64,000 nt of DNA from Minisyncoccota bacterium (lineage in GTDB: Bacteria > Patescibacteriota > Minisyncoccia > Phycocordibacterales > UBA9973), in the NCBI GenBank assembly GCA_041659785.1, contig JBAZXO010000001.1, forward strand, positions 241,649 to 305,648, written 5' to 3'. The notes under the pieces are model-generated. The model was not told where the DNA came from. It did not search any database and worked only from the letters and a program-made list of their open reading frames with translations. Within the stretch, counting starts at the first letter, position 1. The number at the start of each line of letters is the position of its first letter. Both the position numbers and the translations under genes were made by a program. Shown piece after piece: positions 8,401 through 17,888 of the stretch.

Positions 8401-9262
8401 TACTTGTTACCCACACAGAGCCTGTAAAACTATCAAAAGTAATACCAATTGGACCATCAATTACATAATCATTTTTTGTACCCGTATTTATATCTACTTT
8501 GCTAACAGTGTTTGCGCCAAAACCCAAGTTTGCAACCCACACTGAGTTGGTCAAACTATCAAAAGTAATATCTTGCGGTCCTAAACCAACAGCGAAAGTG
8601 CCAACAATAGCACCAGTATTTACATTAATTTTACTAATATTGTCACTACCACTATTTGTCACCCATATGGAGTTAGTAACAGTATCAAATGAGAGACGTG
8701 AAGGTCCAATTCCAACAGTATAAGTACCAACAACAGCACCAGTCGTAGCATTAAGTTTAGTAACTGTGTTACTTCCATTGTTCGCCACCCAAATAGAATT
8801 AGTAACATTATCAAAAAGCACACCAAAAGGACTAGGGCCTACAGCATAATCAGTCTTGGCGCCAGCAGAAGAAGAAGCAGAAAGCCCTACGCTCGCTCCG
8901 ACACCTGAACCAGAAACTACTGTGCTGGAATTTGTGCCATTTGTAAATCCTCCTCCAGAAACTATAGGAGAAGCTGGAGTGATGCTTGTAGTGCCGTCGT
9001 CAGTAAATGCATAGCTAGTAGATGGCAGAGTAACAGTAGCAGATGCTGAAGTTCCTGTTTCTGTATTGTATTCTGTCCAGCCTGTTTGGTTGAGCGCATG
9101 CGTAGCAGTGTTTACTGTGGCTCCACCTAACCAAGATGACTGGAGAAAAGTCGCTGCAGCCGCTTGAGTGAGTTTACCGTAGAAAAAAAGACCGCTCATC
9201 CCTGCGAATATTATTGCAAAGGTTGCGAGAATAAATTGTATAGATGCGTGGCCTTTTTTCAT
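5414..9262 (-). CDS. Large surface protein: YVTN/NHL-like beta-propeller, Fn3-like domain, Gly/Ser linker, carboxypeptidase-regulatory-like domains, TM helices
   Basis: About 7 repeats of VGxxPxxxxFDSxTNSVWV; TYYFRAVAKNS; G/S-rich stretch; GTVYDSVTKQPL...TDLDGRFGFLVPPGSY. Confidence 0.8.
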   Translation of the reverse strand: MKKGHASIQFILATFAIIFAGMSGLFFYGKLTQAAAATFLQSSWLGGATVNTATHALNQTGWTEYNTETGTSASATVTLPSTSYAFTDDGTTSITPASPIVSGGGFTNGTNSSTVVSGSGVGASVGLSASSSAGAKTDYAVGPSPFGVLFDNVTNSIWVANNGSNTVTKLNATTGAVVGTYTVGIGPSRLSFDTVTNSIWVTNSGSDNISKINVNTGAIVGTFAVGLGPQDITFDSLTNSVWVANLGFGANTVSKVDINTGTKNDYVIDGPIGITFDSFTGSVWVTSSTVSNNLIKLNATTGAVLGTYTVGTSGVGGVVFDSITNSVWVTDANNNTVIKVNVSTGAIVGTYAVGIGPNYPAFDDLNSSIWTPNVVDNTISQIDINTGAVLNTYIVGTSPGNLIFDSFTDSMWVSSGFDNIVSKVNIATAYAASGTFTSAVIDTGAKANFTTLAYTTTLPALTSITVDVRAGNVAIPDGTWTAWTTNVVSGGSIGALAGNRYIQYRANLATTDTTVTPALSDVTINYSQYGASGNLTSSVFDSSSATNKVTKLAWATSGTSSTEIVKFQVRSSADNVTWSNWCGPALACDGTDYFLDANNDIAFVSNHPLTISDNDRYFQYKAFLSSGGAATPTLSSVTVSYDTNVGAPSPTGGGGIILQTPKVITNSATSITDTDATLNGNVDPNGTSDTTRWFEWGTSETILNNETTHNSQGSAVSDFSDTISGLTKNTTYYFRAVAKNSSGKVEGSILSFTTKNITDFQTPLAPVVTVTANPTSIPVNGTSVITFSTQNVTNGCIKSGNWSGSTEGSGTYTTNPLPVGIYTYTLTCTGGLGRTGSGSVVVTVESGTSGEDTSGGSGTGGGTGGSGTSGGTGGSGSSGAGGGSGTGGSTGGSGSGAGSGTGTSGGAGTGGGAGSSGVGGSSSGEGNSSIDSGQTIISNLVNSILTPEIKKAITTTRKNITEFSDTPVGNATTTTVTALGAGGGSAIALASVGGEAASFADIPFMILRLWSVLLVSLGLRKKRAPWGTVYDSVTKQPLDPVYVVLNDNTGKEVQTAITDLDGRFGFLVPPGSYQISTKKTNYRAPSAKLAGKMSDELYDNLYFGGEVLLGTNEVIIKNIPMDPLAFDWNEFAKRDKKLMMFYSKNTRIINAALNALFYIGLISVIGLFISRPDKLNLAILIVYGILLALHLLGFKPKTFGTIIDSATKAPLSYAVIRVFRKGFPQEIFHRVADKYGHYYCLLAKGEYHITIDRKNPDESYTTVYTSGLIDAKKGIINENFVA

Positions 9263-9303
9263 TATTTTTATTATATCATAGCAAAAAAATAAAATGCAAA
9301 TCC

Positions 9304-9362
9304 CCTCACCCCTTTCTTTCCCCTCTCCATAATTTTAATTATGGAGAGGGGTTGGGGAGAGG
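9304..9362. repeat. Palindromic element family A, intergenic
   Basis: CCTCACCCCTTT..CCCCTCTCCATAATT tt AATTATGGAGAGGGG TTGGGGAGAGG. Confidence 0.85.
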
Positions 9363-9367
9363 AGAAT

Positions 9368-12300
9368 CTATGGAGCAACTGGTGCAGGGTCAGGAGCAGG
9401 AGCAGGCGCTGGTGCAGGATCTGGTGTAGGCGCTGGGTCAGGGACGGGTACAGGATCTGGTGCAGGCGCTGGGTCAGGGACGGGTACAGGATCTGGTGCA
9501 GGCGCAGGATCTGTACAAACATTATTTACTAAAGTTTGTGGAGCTGTACAAGTTGGAACTACTGGTACTGGATCAGGTGTTGGAGCAGGAACAGGGTCGG
9601 GTACGGGGGCTGGAGCTGGTGAAGGATCTGGAGTAGGTGTTGGTGTAGGAGTTACACTAGCACCAGCATTAGAGATCAGAGCATCAAGTTGCGCTTTTGT
9701 AATACATGTCTTCCCTCCTACGTCATCGGTTACACACAAAGACTTCGTATTGACTTGTCCTGCAAAAATATCCCCTATCCCATTCGTAGCATCTGCTAAC
9801 CAAACAGTAACTTTTGCAAAAACATTTTTAAAGAATGCAGTAGCGAAAGATTCTGAAGGAGAACCTGGTAATGGGGTGACGGTACCTGCGACTCCTTCAA
9901 TATTTAGATTCATTTCTTGAATTGCTTTGACCGTGGTAGACAATATAGCATTCGTGTCTAATCCATAAGGCTTACCTTCTGCATCATGAGAGGCATATTC
10001 TGGAGAAATAGCAGCGACTTCTTCAGAGATGAATCCGAAATGGATTGCACTTCCCATATTCATCTCAGGCTTAAAGGTGTAAGAAACGGGACGAAGGTTC
10101 ATTAAGCTAGAGAGACCATTGTTTAAATCTGTTATGTCATTTTTAAATCTTTGAGAAGATATGGTACAGATTATATCTCCTGAAGCATTTGCAGATAGCG
10201 TTCCAGCTGTCGTACAACCTTTCTGCTGGACAACTCCTGTGTTCGTGACACTAAACTTAGACACTGATCCCACCTGTGCATCAATCAGAAGCTGAGCGCC
10301 TGAGCCGACAGCTGTTTCTGTTCGGTTTATGAGCAAGTCTGTGTTGGCGGCAGTGCTGGCGACTTGGTTATATGTTGGAATAATTGAAACAGCAGAACCT
10401 GCACCAGCTGTATTTGTAGAAGTGCTACGTCCTAGATTTATTGGAAATGTCCCATTTGTTCCACTACCCCCAACATAACGAATATCTCCATTGGTTAAGA
10501 CGTTATTTATATTCGCACCACCAACAATACTTGTGTAACCGTCTGAACCTCTTACACTAAACTTACTTACCCCTCCCACCTGCAAATCCATAAAAAGTGA
10601 AGCTCCATTGCTTGCTGTATTCGTTACATTTAATTTAATGGCAGTGGGTGTTCCTGTCGTATTCCAAGTTTGTGCAAGATTGAGAACAGACCCTGCGAGT
10701 GAGCCTGAGCCTGCGAGGGTGGTGTCAAGGATGTCGAGTTTAGAAGCAGGTGTCGTCGTTCCGATGCCGACGTTGCCAGCGAAATAATTAGTGCCACCTG
10801 CTGAATAAATAGCATAATTGCTTGTGCTACCCTTCGTTACATTACCTATATATAAACCGTAGTCATTGGTGACTGCACCAGTTCCAGTTATGTCATCAAG
10901 TTTGACACCATAAACATTTGTCAGTGTCCCCGCCCCAGTGATAGTTGGAAATGAATGAAACCCAACAAACCTATCGGTAACATTAGCACTACCATTAAAA
11001 ATATTTCTTGCTTGGTATGCAACAAAATGGTTTTCTGCCAAACCATTAGTAAGAGTCGCATGGGCATCGAAATCAGCGTAACCAAGATTAGTATCTGTTG
11101 TATTTAAAACTGACCAATCTTCGAATGCATGTCTGTCAATTGTTGTTCGAGTAGCATTTACAGAAAAATTACCATACGTGGTTGAACTACCAACAGAAAT
11201 GTCTCCACTTGAATTTATTCTAAGACGCTCGGTCGCATTTGTTCCGAAAACTAACGGGGTGGCACCAGTCGAATATATTTCTAAATCATTAGCTTGTGAT
11301 GAATTTTGAATAATTTGAACAGGAAACGTCAGCCCGCTAATACCAGCATCGGATTTATGTCTAATCACCAACGATTGATTGCTAGCAATACGCCCTGAAG
11401 CAAATGAACCACCGGTCGTCGTATTGTTCGCATTCCCACTTCCGTCAGAAACTATATCCAACTTAAATCCCGGGCTCGTCGTCCCGATGCCGACGTTGCC
11501 AGCAGTATCTATCGCCATTTTTGCACCTTCACTATCATCTATATGAAAATATAACGGTGCGTTAGTTGCACTATTAGAAGAATGAATATTTAGGTCATAT
11601 GGCGAATCAATGTTTTTTCTGATTTTAGCGTTTAACCCAGAACCTGAAGAAACTCCATTACCTCCTAGATAAAACGAGTTACTTCCAGCAGCAGAATAAG
11701 AAAAAATTTCACCAAGAACTTGCAATTTAGTTAGTGGTGCGGTGGTCCCTATTCCGACGTTGCCACTTTTTAAATATATAGCGGGGGAATCAACAGCACT
11801 ACCTCTTGTTCCTATAACTCCAATGGTTGGGGTAACTCCGTTATCAACATTTATTGACCCAACGTAAGTTGAATAATCGGGGTTATTATTAAATCCTATA
11901 TCTATTCTTCCTTGTGGAACAGTCGGAGATGTCCCTGTAGTACCAGTTATCCATAATTTTGAATTTGTGGGAATAGTAGTACTCCCTCCTGAATTTGAAC
12001 CAATACTTAACAAAGCCCCTGGCGCCGTCGTCCCGATGCCCACATTCCCCGTACTCCCTACTTGAAGTCCAGTATAAGCAATATTGTAAGCTTGGGAGGC
12101 GACAGTTTGAGAAGTTGAAACAGTGAGGCTTGTGGTTGAGCCAAATGCAGTAATTGTTCCTGCACTTGTTCCGTTTGCAAATACGAACTGTGAACCCACC
12201 ATTGCTGAAGTCCACACTGTACCCACGCCTGTGACAGTGGTGAGAGATTGTGATGCTGTACCTGTACTGTATTGGGTTGGGGTGACGGAGAGGATGCCAC

Positions 12301-15300
12301 TTGGTATGACCGTTCCAATCCCTACAGAACCCTTTAATGCAGTTGTAAGAATGCTATCATTTCCAAGAACAACACTATTGCTACCTATGCCTATTGCACT
12401 TGCTCCGATAACTATCTGATTCGTCTGTCCATCTGCATTTGCTTTTGAATCATTGCCTAAAAATAATGAACTTGAACCTATGGAATTTGAAGAGAAACCA
12501 TCAGCAATAAATCTTCCAGCATTGTAGCCTACCGCTGAATTATTAGAGCCTGTGGTGTTGGCCCTAAGAGCAAAGGTGCCTATAGCATTGTTATTAATAC
12601 CAGTTGTATTGAATCGGAGGGATTGATAGCCCATAGCATTATTACTACTACCAGAAGAGTTGGCAGCAAGAGATTCGGCCCCCAGAGCACTATTATTTCC
12701 TCCACTGCTTGCTGAAGCAAGAGCACTAGCACCAACAGCAGTATTATAGCTGGTACCGTTAGAATAAAGCGCTTGATAACCAATAGCTGTGTTGTTACCT
12801 CCGGCGACATTAGAGAATCCACTTTGATAACCTACGTAGGAATTATAATAATTCGCAGTTCCCGCTTGATAACCTAAAGAAGTTAAAAATGATGCATTAT
12901 CAAAATCAATTAATCCTGCCACTTGTAGAAGGTTGTTCGGTGTTATCGTACCGATACCAAGATTTCCATTAACCGTCAACTGTTGCCCTGTGAGTGATCC
13001 AGCTACACCAGAGAATTTACCATACAAAAGCGAGAATGCTTTATCGTTAGCTAAAGAAGATTGTTGTACATTGTTTATATAAAAAGCATTTGAACCTGTT
13101 TCGTATTTACCAGCTCCGTATCCTAATGCAACATTACCACTTCCAGTACTGTTAAGGAGAAGCGAATTGGCTCCGTTAGCTGTATTATTATTACCAGTAG
13201 TATTGTTACCCAAGGCACTTATACCATTAGCCACATTCTGGACTCCAGTGGTATTTAAAAAAAGAGTCTGATAACCAACAGCTACATTTGAATATCCGGT
13301 AGTATTAGAAAAAAAAGATTGAAAACCAATTGCAGTGTTATAACCTGCTATACTGGTACTTCCTACCGCAGAAGATAACCCTGTTTGGTAACCAATAAAA
13401 GTATTATTAATTGCACCTGCAACTATGTTCTTCCCAGCTTGATAACCAAGCTTGGTATCAAAATCTGTATTATTAAAATCAATTAAGTTTGCTACCTGGA
13501 TTAAATTGTTCGGCGTCGTCGTCCCTATCCCCACATTTCCGGTACTCCCCACCTGAAGTCCCGTATACCCAATATTGTAAGCTTGTGATGCGACAGTTTG
13601 AGAAGTTGAAACAGTGAGGCTTGTGGTTGAGCCAAATGCAGTGATTGTTCCTGCACTTGTTCCGTTTGCAAATACGAACTGCGAACCTATCATAGCGGAA
13701 GTGAATGTCGTACCTACACCAGTGATTGTAGTCAAAGATTGTGACGCTGTGCCTGTACTGTATTGGGTAGGGGTGACGGAGAGGATGCCAGCAGGAACAA
13801 GAGTTCCAATACCCAAGTTTCCATTTATTGTTAACTGTTGTCCTGTGAGAGATCCAGCTACACCAGAGAATTTACCGTAGAGGAGAGAATAATTTCGATC
13901 ATTAGCTAAAGAAGGTTGATATATATTGTTTACATAAAAAGTATTGGAACCGGTTTCGTTGTAGCCAGCTGCAAGTCCCAAGGCAACATTGCTATTCCCT
14001 GTGGAGTTATTGTTGAGGGCTTGCATTCCACTAGCGGTATTATAGGAGCCTGTGGTGTTGGATGTAAGAGCATACATTCCACTCGCGGTGTTTTGAGTAC
14101 CTGTGGAGTTATTGTAGAGGGCTTGCATTCCACTCGCAGTATTGTAGGAGCCTGTAGTGTTGGAGAAAAGAGCATACGTTCCACTAGCGGTGTTGAAATT
14201 GCCGTTGGTGTTGGAGTATAGGGCCTGCACTCCACTGGCAGTATTATAAGAGCCTCCAGTGTTAGAAAAAAAAGATTGATAACCAAATGCACTGTTAAAA
14301 TCTGCAGCACTAGTACTTAATGTTGCGCTAGATGTTCCTGCTTGATAACCAATAAAGGTATTATTTTGAGCATTAGCTACTATATTTTTTCCTGCTTGAT
14401 ATCCAAGCTTGGTATTAAAATCTGTATTATTAAAATCAATTAAGTTTGCTACCTGAATAGCGTTGTTGGGTGTTATTGTCCCTATCCCTACTCTGTGGTT
14501 CAGACTATCCACAAAAAGAGAGCTAGTATCTACGGTAAAATTATGAACTCCCAAATCTACATTGGATGTTCCGCCGGTGTAAGGAATATATCCTGAAAGA
14601 TCTAGCACTAAATTCCCGCTACCTAAAATAGAACCGCCATTGATAGTTTTGATATTTGTACCTGAAACTAGAGTGGCTTGTTTGTTATTAAAAGTATTCC
14701 AGTCAGTGGTTGTTAAATATCCATCTACCAATGTCGTAGCAGCGCCTAATTTTGTTTTAATAGTAGCTTGTGTTTCATCACCAGTGTTCGTGCCTGAAGA
14801 AGTACCTGAGAAAGTTCCTGATTGAGTAGCCAGAGTCCCAAGCACGGTAGTATCTAAAGCGAATGTACCAGCAGCAGTCATTTTTACAAAAGATGGTGAT
14901 ACATATGACAGGCCAGATACAGAAGTTAAATTTGCAGAAGAATCTTGTTTCCCATTAAAAGTATTCCAATCCGTATTTGAAAGTGCGCCTGTGGTAGAAG
15001 TGGAAGCTAAGGCTAAGGAGAGTACTTGTGTAGCAAGCGAAAGACCATTTGCTGTACCAAGTGTTACGGGATTATGGTTACTAGCTACTAAGGTTTCTAT
15101 CTGATTATATACAGCATTCTTAGACGGTGCATGAGTCGTGTCAGCATTCCAGCTCACGCCGTAAGCTACATCGCTAATACTCGTAGAAGTAAGTGGTGAA
15201 CGAACATCACAGTTTACATCTGTCGGTAAACATTCTGGGTTTAAAGTATCACCCGGATTATAGAAAGTGCCATTCCATACTGCGAAAACTGTTTTAGAAA

Positions 15301-15385
15301 AAAGAGAAATGACAATAATAGCCATAGCTAAAATAATCCTTTTTCTCATTGATGTATTTTTTATTTTTGAAAATATATTTTTCAT
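9368..15385 (-). CDS. Giant secreted tail-fibre/adhesin-like protein with S74-type intramolecular chaperone domain and Pro-rich tail
   Basis: Signal peptide; many GNVGIGTT and NTAxGxxALxxNTTG repeats; SSQRFKNDI..LMNLRPVSY..GFISEEV; (PA/PD/PV)n C-terminus. Confidence 0.85.
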   Translation of the reverse strand: MKNIFSKIKNTSMRKRIILAMAIIVISLFSKTVFAVWNGTFYNPGDTLNPECLPTDVNCDVRSPLTSTSISDVAYGVSWNADTTHAPSKNAVYNQIETLVASNHNPVTLGTANGLSLATQVLSLALASTSTTGALSNTDWNTFNGKQDSSANLTSVSGLSYVSPSFVKMTAAGTFALDTTVLGTLATQSGTFSGTSSGTNTGDETQATIKTKLGAATTLVDGYLTTTDWNTFNNKQATLVSGTNIKTINGGSILGSGNLVLDLSGYIPYTGGTSNVDLGVHNFTVDTSSLFVDSLNHRVGIGTITPNNAIQVANLIDFNNTDFNTKLGYQAGKNIVANAQNNTFIGYQAGTSSATLSTSAADFNSAFGYQSFFSNTGGSYNTASGVQALYSNTNGNFNTASGTYALFSNTTGSYNTASGMQALYNNSTGTQNTASGMYALTSNTTGSYNTASGMQALNNNSTGNSNVALGLAAGYNETGSNTFYVNNIYQPSLANDRNYSLLYGKFSGVAGSLTGQQLTINGNLGIGTLVPAGILSVTPTQYSTGTASQSLTTITGVGTTFTSAMIGSQFVFANGTSAGTITAFGSTTSLTVSTSQTVASQAYNIGYTGLQVGSTGNVGIGTTTPNNLIQVANLIDFNNTDFDTKLGYQAGKNIVAGAINNTFIGYQTGLSSAVGSTSIAGYNTAIGFQSFFSNTTGYSNVAVGYQTLFLNTTGVQNVANGISALGNNTTGNNNTANGANSLLLNSTGSGNVALGYGAGKYETGSNAFYINNVQQSSLANDKAFSLLYGKFSGVAGSLTGQQLTVNGNLGIGTITPNNLLQVAGLIDFDNASFLTSLGYQAGTANYYNSYVGYQSGFSNVAGGNNTAIGYQALYSNGTSYNTAVGASALASASSGGNNSALGAESLAANSSGSSNNAMGYQSLRFNTTGINNNAIGTFALRANTTGSNNSAVGYNAGRFIADGFSSNSIGSSSLFLGNDSKANADGQTNQIVIGASAIGIGSNSVVLGNDSILTTALKGSVGIGTVIPSGILSVTPTQYSTGTASQSLTTVTGVGTVWTSAMVGSQFVFANGTSAGTITAFGSTTSLTVSTSQTVASQAYNIAYTGLQVGSTGNVGIGTTAPGALLSIGSNSGGSTTIPTNSKLWITGTTGTSPTVPQGRIDIGFNNNPDYSTYVGSINVDNGVTPTIGVIGTRGSAVDSPAIYLKSGNVGIGTTAPLTKLQVLGEIFSYSAAGSNSFYLGGNGVSSGSGLNAKIRKNIDSPYDLNIHSSNSATNAPLYFHIDDSEGAKMAIDTAGNVGIGTTSPGFKLDIVSDGSGNANNTTTGGSFASGRIASNQSLVIRHKSDAGISGLTFPVQIIQNSSQANDLEIYSTGATPLVFGTNATERLRINSSGDISVGSSTTYGNFSVNATRTTIDRHAFEDWSVLNTTDTNLGYADFDAHATLTNGLAENHFVAYQARNIFNGSANVTDRFVGFHSFPTITGAGTLTNVYGVKLDDITGTGAVTNDYGLYIGNVTKGSTSNYAIYSAGGTNYFAGNVGIGTTTPASKLDILDTTLAGSGSLAGSVLNLAQTWNTTGTPTAIKLNVTNTASNGASLFMDLQVGGVSKFSVRGSDGYTSIVGGANINNVLTNGDIRYVGGSGTNGTFPINLGRSTSTNTAGAGSAVSIIPTYNQVASTAANTDLLINRTETAVGSGAQLLIDAQVGSVSKFSVTNTGVVQQKGCTTAGTLSANASGDIICTISSQRFKNDITDLNNGLSSLMNLRPVSYTFKPEMNMGSAIHFGFISEEVAAISPEYASHDAEGKPYGLDTNAILSTTVKAIQEMNLNIEGVAGTVTPLPGSPSESFATAFFKNVFAKVTVWLADATNGIGDIFAGQVNTKSLCVTDDVGGKTCITKAQLDALISNAGASVTPTPTPTPDPSPAPAPVPDPVPAPTPDPVPVVPTCTAPQTLVNNVCTDPAPAPDPVPVPDPAPAPDPVPVPDPAPTPDPAPAPAPAPDPAPVAP
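9378..9513. repeat. Coding tandem repeats for the Pro-rich tail (36-bp unit twice plus degenerate 6-18-mers)
   Basis: CGCTGGGTCAGGGACGGGTACAGGATCTGGTGCAGG at 9431-9466 and 9467-9502. Confidence 0.85.
12021..13790. repeat. ~280-bp intragenic direct repeat (12021-12299 and 13512-13790)
   Basis: Both encode GILSVTPTQYSTGTASQSLTT...TGLQVGSTGNVGIGTT, offset 1491 bp. Confidence 0.9.
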
Positions 15386-15425
15386 AGTTTAAAAGTTCCA
15401 TACTCAGGAGAACTTTTATTACAAT

Positions 15426-15794
15426 TTACTTCTGAATTTTACTTATCAAAATACCCAAAAGTGTTTTCACGCTATTTTGCGCCTCTGCCTCAGTCTTGCT
15501 AGCGGTAAAATTCTGCCATTCTTTCATTATCTGTTCATCTTTCAAATCTCGAACTGCGTTTTCTAAAGAAAGCCTCGTCTCGAAATCAACTTCTGTATTT
15601 GCTTGTAATACTTTCTTGATAAACAAGGAAGTGAAGTTCAATACTTTATCATTTAATTCAAGCTTACTTTGAGTGGATTTTATTGTTTGTAATTCTTGGT
15701 TGGCAAAATAATAATTAAGCCCGAAAAAAGCGTTACCTATAACAAGTGCCCCAATGATTATAATAATTGAAATGCGATTTTTATTTTCTATCAT
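15426..15794 (-). CDS. Hypothetical single-pass membrane protein
   Basis: 122 aa with N-terminal hydrophobic helix; co-oriented in the surface-protein cluster. Confidence 0.75.
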   Translation of the reverse strand: MIENKNRISIIIIIGALVIGNAFFGLNYYFANQELQTIKSTQSKLELNDKVLNFTSLFIKKVLQANTEVDFETRLSLENAVRDLKDEQIMKEWQNFTASKTEAEAQNSVKTLLGILISKIQK

Positions 15795-15833
15795 ACTCGT
15801 TTAAAAATTCTTGATAATCTCTCTCTATATAAA

Positions 15834-17852
15834 TTATACCCGGTAGTAGAGCTTTTTGCAAAGTCTCACTACCGGGTTATACACTAATAATAATAAGACA
15901 ACAAACAAAAGAACCGTCTTCCAGTCAAGACTAGACAGGAAACTTCGACCAGATTTCATCTCGATATTTTGGTGTACACCACTACCTTCCTCCACTAAAA
16001 AAACTTTACCTTGATAAGTGTCATATCCAGGAGCTACTACTTCGAAATAATACGAACCCCCAGGGACCAAGAATGAATAAGTACCTCTGATGTCAGTAAC
16101 TTGTGGGTTTTCTTGTTGGTAATCTTTTGCGGGCCATAATTCATATTTTTTTGTAGAATTATTTAGATAATATAAAGAAACAATGGCTGAAGGGATACGT
16201 GTTTCCTTTCCATCTGTCTTTTCAAAGACATATCCTTCTGGGTCAACGACAGTTATCATTCTCATTTGGCGAGTACCAAGTACAGGGTCCACATAATTTA
16301 TAACAGTGATCACTTCATACTCACCTGGTACGACAGGAGTCGCCACATCCGCTGTGTATATGCCGTCACCATCAGGGTCCGTATATTCAAAAGAAGAAAG
16401 TACTAATTTATTTTCTACCACCTCACCCGGCCTTTGGCCACCCTCTCCTGTCAGGAGAGGGGCTGGGGGTGAGGTTTTTTCTACCAAATCATTCGTAGAA
16501 AATAGAGCTGAAGCGGTGAGCAAAGAACGAGAAATTATATTTTGAGTAATTTTAGGTGTAGCGGATTTAAAAACAAAATACCCAGTTACACTTTTTGCTT
16601 TACTTATTGGTTTTACCACCAGCTTGAGTGTCTGCCCAGGTAATGAAGATATCTGCTGAGTTACATCTCCTTTTTTCCCTACTGACAAAGCGACATTTAA
16701 ATCAACCAACTCTCCGGACGTTCTGGCGAAAACGAATTCAGATGGTAAATTTTTCTTTTCAGAAAGAGAAAACTTTGCTAAAGGTAAACCTTGAACGAGA
16801 GCAATCTTCCCTGTGCCCACACTTTTCTTCAATTGCCCATTTATATCAGAGAGACCAGGAATATTTAAGCCTACACCATTTAATTTATTTATGTCAGATA
16901 ACCTCTCTACTCCAGTGCCTTTGAGAGTATTAGTGAGCGCGGTGAGTCCGGGAAGGTTTAAGGTTACGCCATTTAATTTACTTATATCAGTCAATCTTTC
17001 TATGCCTACGCTCTTCAATGTATTAGCAAGTTCTGGAAATTTACTAGCAAGAACACGTACCTCATACGGCAATGGAGCAAAGACGAATTGATTAATAGCT
17101 TTTACGGGTAAGATATACCACTTTGTTTTAAATGAAGGTGGTGCAATTTTAGGAATTTCTATAGCTACTGCTTGTGGAAGTGTTTTTGGTCTAAAGAAAT
17201 TTAAAAAGAAATCCAAGGCAGAAACGGATGTAGATTTTATAGTTTTACCAATCTCATTTGTTACCGTCACAACTGGATTCTCGACTGGTGGAGTTACTGG
17301 TGTCGGCGTAGGTGTTGGATTGGATGTCCAGGGTGGATGTCCTCCGCCTCCTCCGCCGCCCCCACTAGTAGATCTAAGGCTTGCTTTTTTCCAATCTGTT
17401 TTTACTTTAAAGTTTGCCGCATTGCAAGAATCTATGGTTGTACAACTAAAATTAATTCTACTATTGTCAGACTTTACAGATGCATAACCTGAAAAGTATC
17501 CTTGCTCATCTATAGTAACTCCAGTAAAGTTAATCCAGCCAAGATTTGAGCTCCATGCATATCCAGAAAGCACTCCCTCTCCATTGTTTTTAACTCCCGA
17601 AGTAGATGGGTTTAATTTTATCCAACCAAATTGCCTGTTCCAAGCAAAGCCTGAAATATCAGTATCCGTAACACTTACGTTGCAGTTATTACAACCAAAG
17701 TTTAACCAGCCAATATTTTCTCCCCAAGCATATTTGTATGTTCCGTCAATCGTCCCATTCGTCTCCGAGGCAAAAGCATGAGGCACAAAAAAAATCATAG
17801 AAACTAAAATTCCCAAAAGAAATACCTTTCCTTTAATTAAATTAACTGCCAT
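15834..17852 (-). CDS. Secreted/membrane protein with WGENIGW-type repeats and carboxypeptidase-regulatory-like domain
   Basis: Signal peptide; AWGENIGW/AWNRQFGW/AWSSNLGW repeats; DPEGYVF..QENPQVTDIRGTYSFLVP; C-terminal TM. Confidence 0.8.
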   Translation of the reverse strand: MAVNLIKGKVFLLGILVSMIFFVPHAFASETNGTIDGTYKYAWGENIGWLNFGCNNCNVSVTDTDISGFAWNRQFGWIKLNPSTSGVKNNGEGVLSGYAWSSNLGWINFTGVTIDEQGYFSGYASVKSDNSRINFSCTTIDSCNAANFKVKTDWKKASLRSTSGGGGGGGGHPPWTSNPTPTPTPVTPPVENPVVTVTNEIGKTIKSTSVSALDFFLNFFRPKTLPQAVAIEIPKIAPPSFKTKWYILPVKAINQFVFAPLPYEVRVLASKFPELANTLKSVGIERLTDISKLNGVTLNLPGLTALTNTLKGTGVERLSDINKLNGVGLNIPGLSDINGQLKKSVGTGKIALVQGLPLAKFSLSEKKNLPSEFVFARTSGELVDLNVALSVGKKGDVTQQISSLPGQTLKLVVKPISKAKSVTGYFVFKSATPKITQNIISRSLLTASALFSTNDLVEKTSPPAPLLTGEGGQRPGEVVENKLVLSSFEYTDPDGDGIYTADVATPVVPGEYEVITVINYVDPVLGTRQMRMITVVDPEGYVFEKTDGKETRIPSAIVSLYYLNNSTKKYELWPAKDYQQENPQVTDIRGTYSFLVPGGSYYFEVVAPGYDTYQGKVFLVEEGSGVHQNIEMKSGRSFLSSLDWKTVLLFVVLLLLVYNPVVRLCKKLYYRV
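16421..16474. repeat. Palindromic element family A, in frame (encodes SPPAPLLTGEGGQRPGE)
   Basis: CCTCACCC..CCCTCTCCTG t CAGGAGAGGG..GGGTGAGG. Confidence 0.85.
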
Positions 17853-17888
17853 AAATTAGTACCCTTATATTATACCAACAGAGCAAAA

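Noticed and set aside
9378-9513. Possible CRISPR array
   Set aside because: Repeats are adjacent without unique spacers, encode a Pro-rich tail in frame, and no cas genes are in the window
6159-14825. Numerous antisense and alternate-frame ORFs inside the surface-protein genes
   Set aside because: Shadow ORFs caused by Gly/Ser/Thr-rich repetitive codons on the opposite strand
9368-15385. Prophage suggested by the tail-fibre/S74 domain
   Set aside because: The protein has a signal peptide and there are no capsid, terminase, portal or lysis genes nearby
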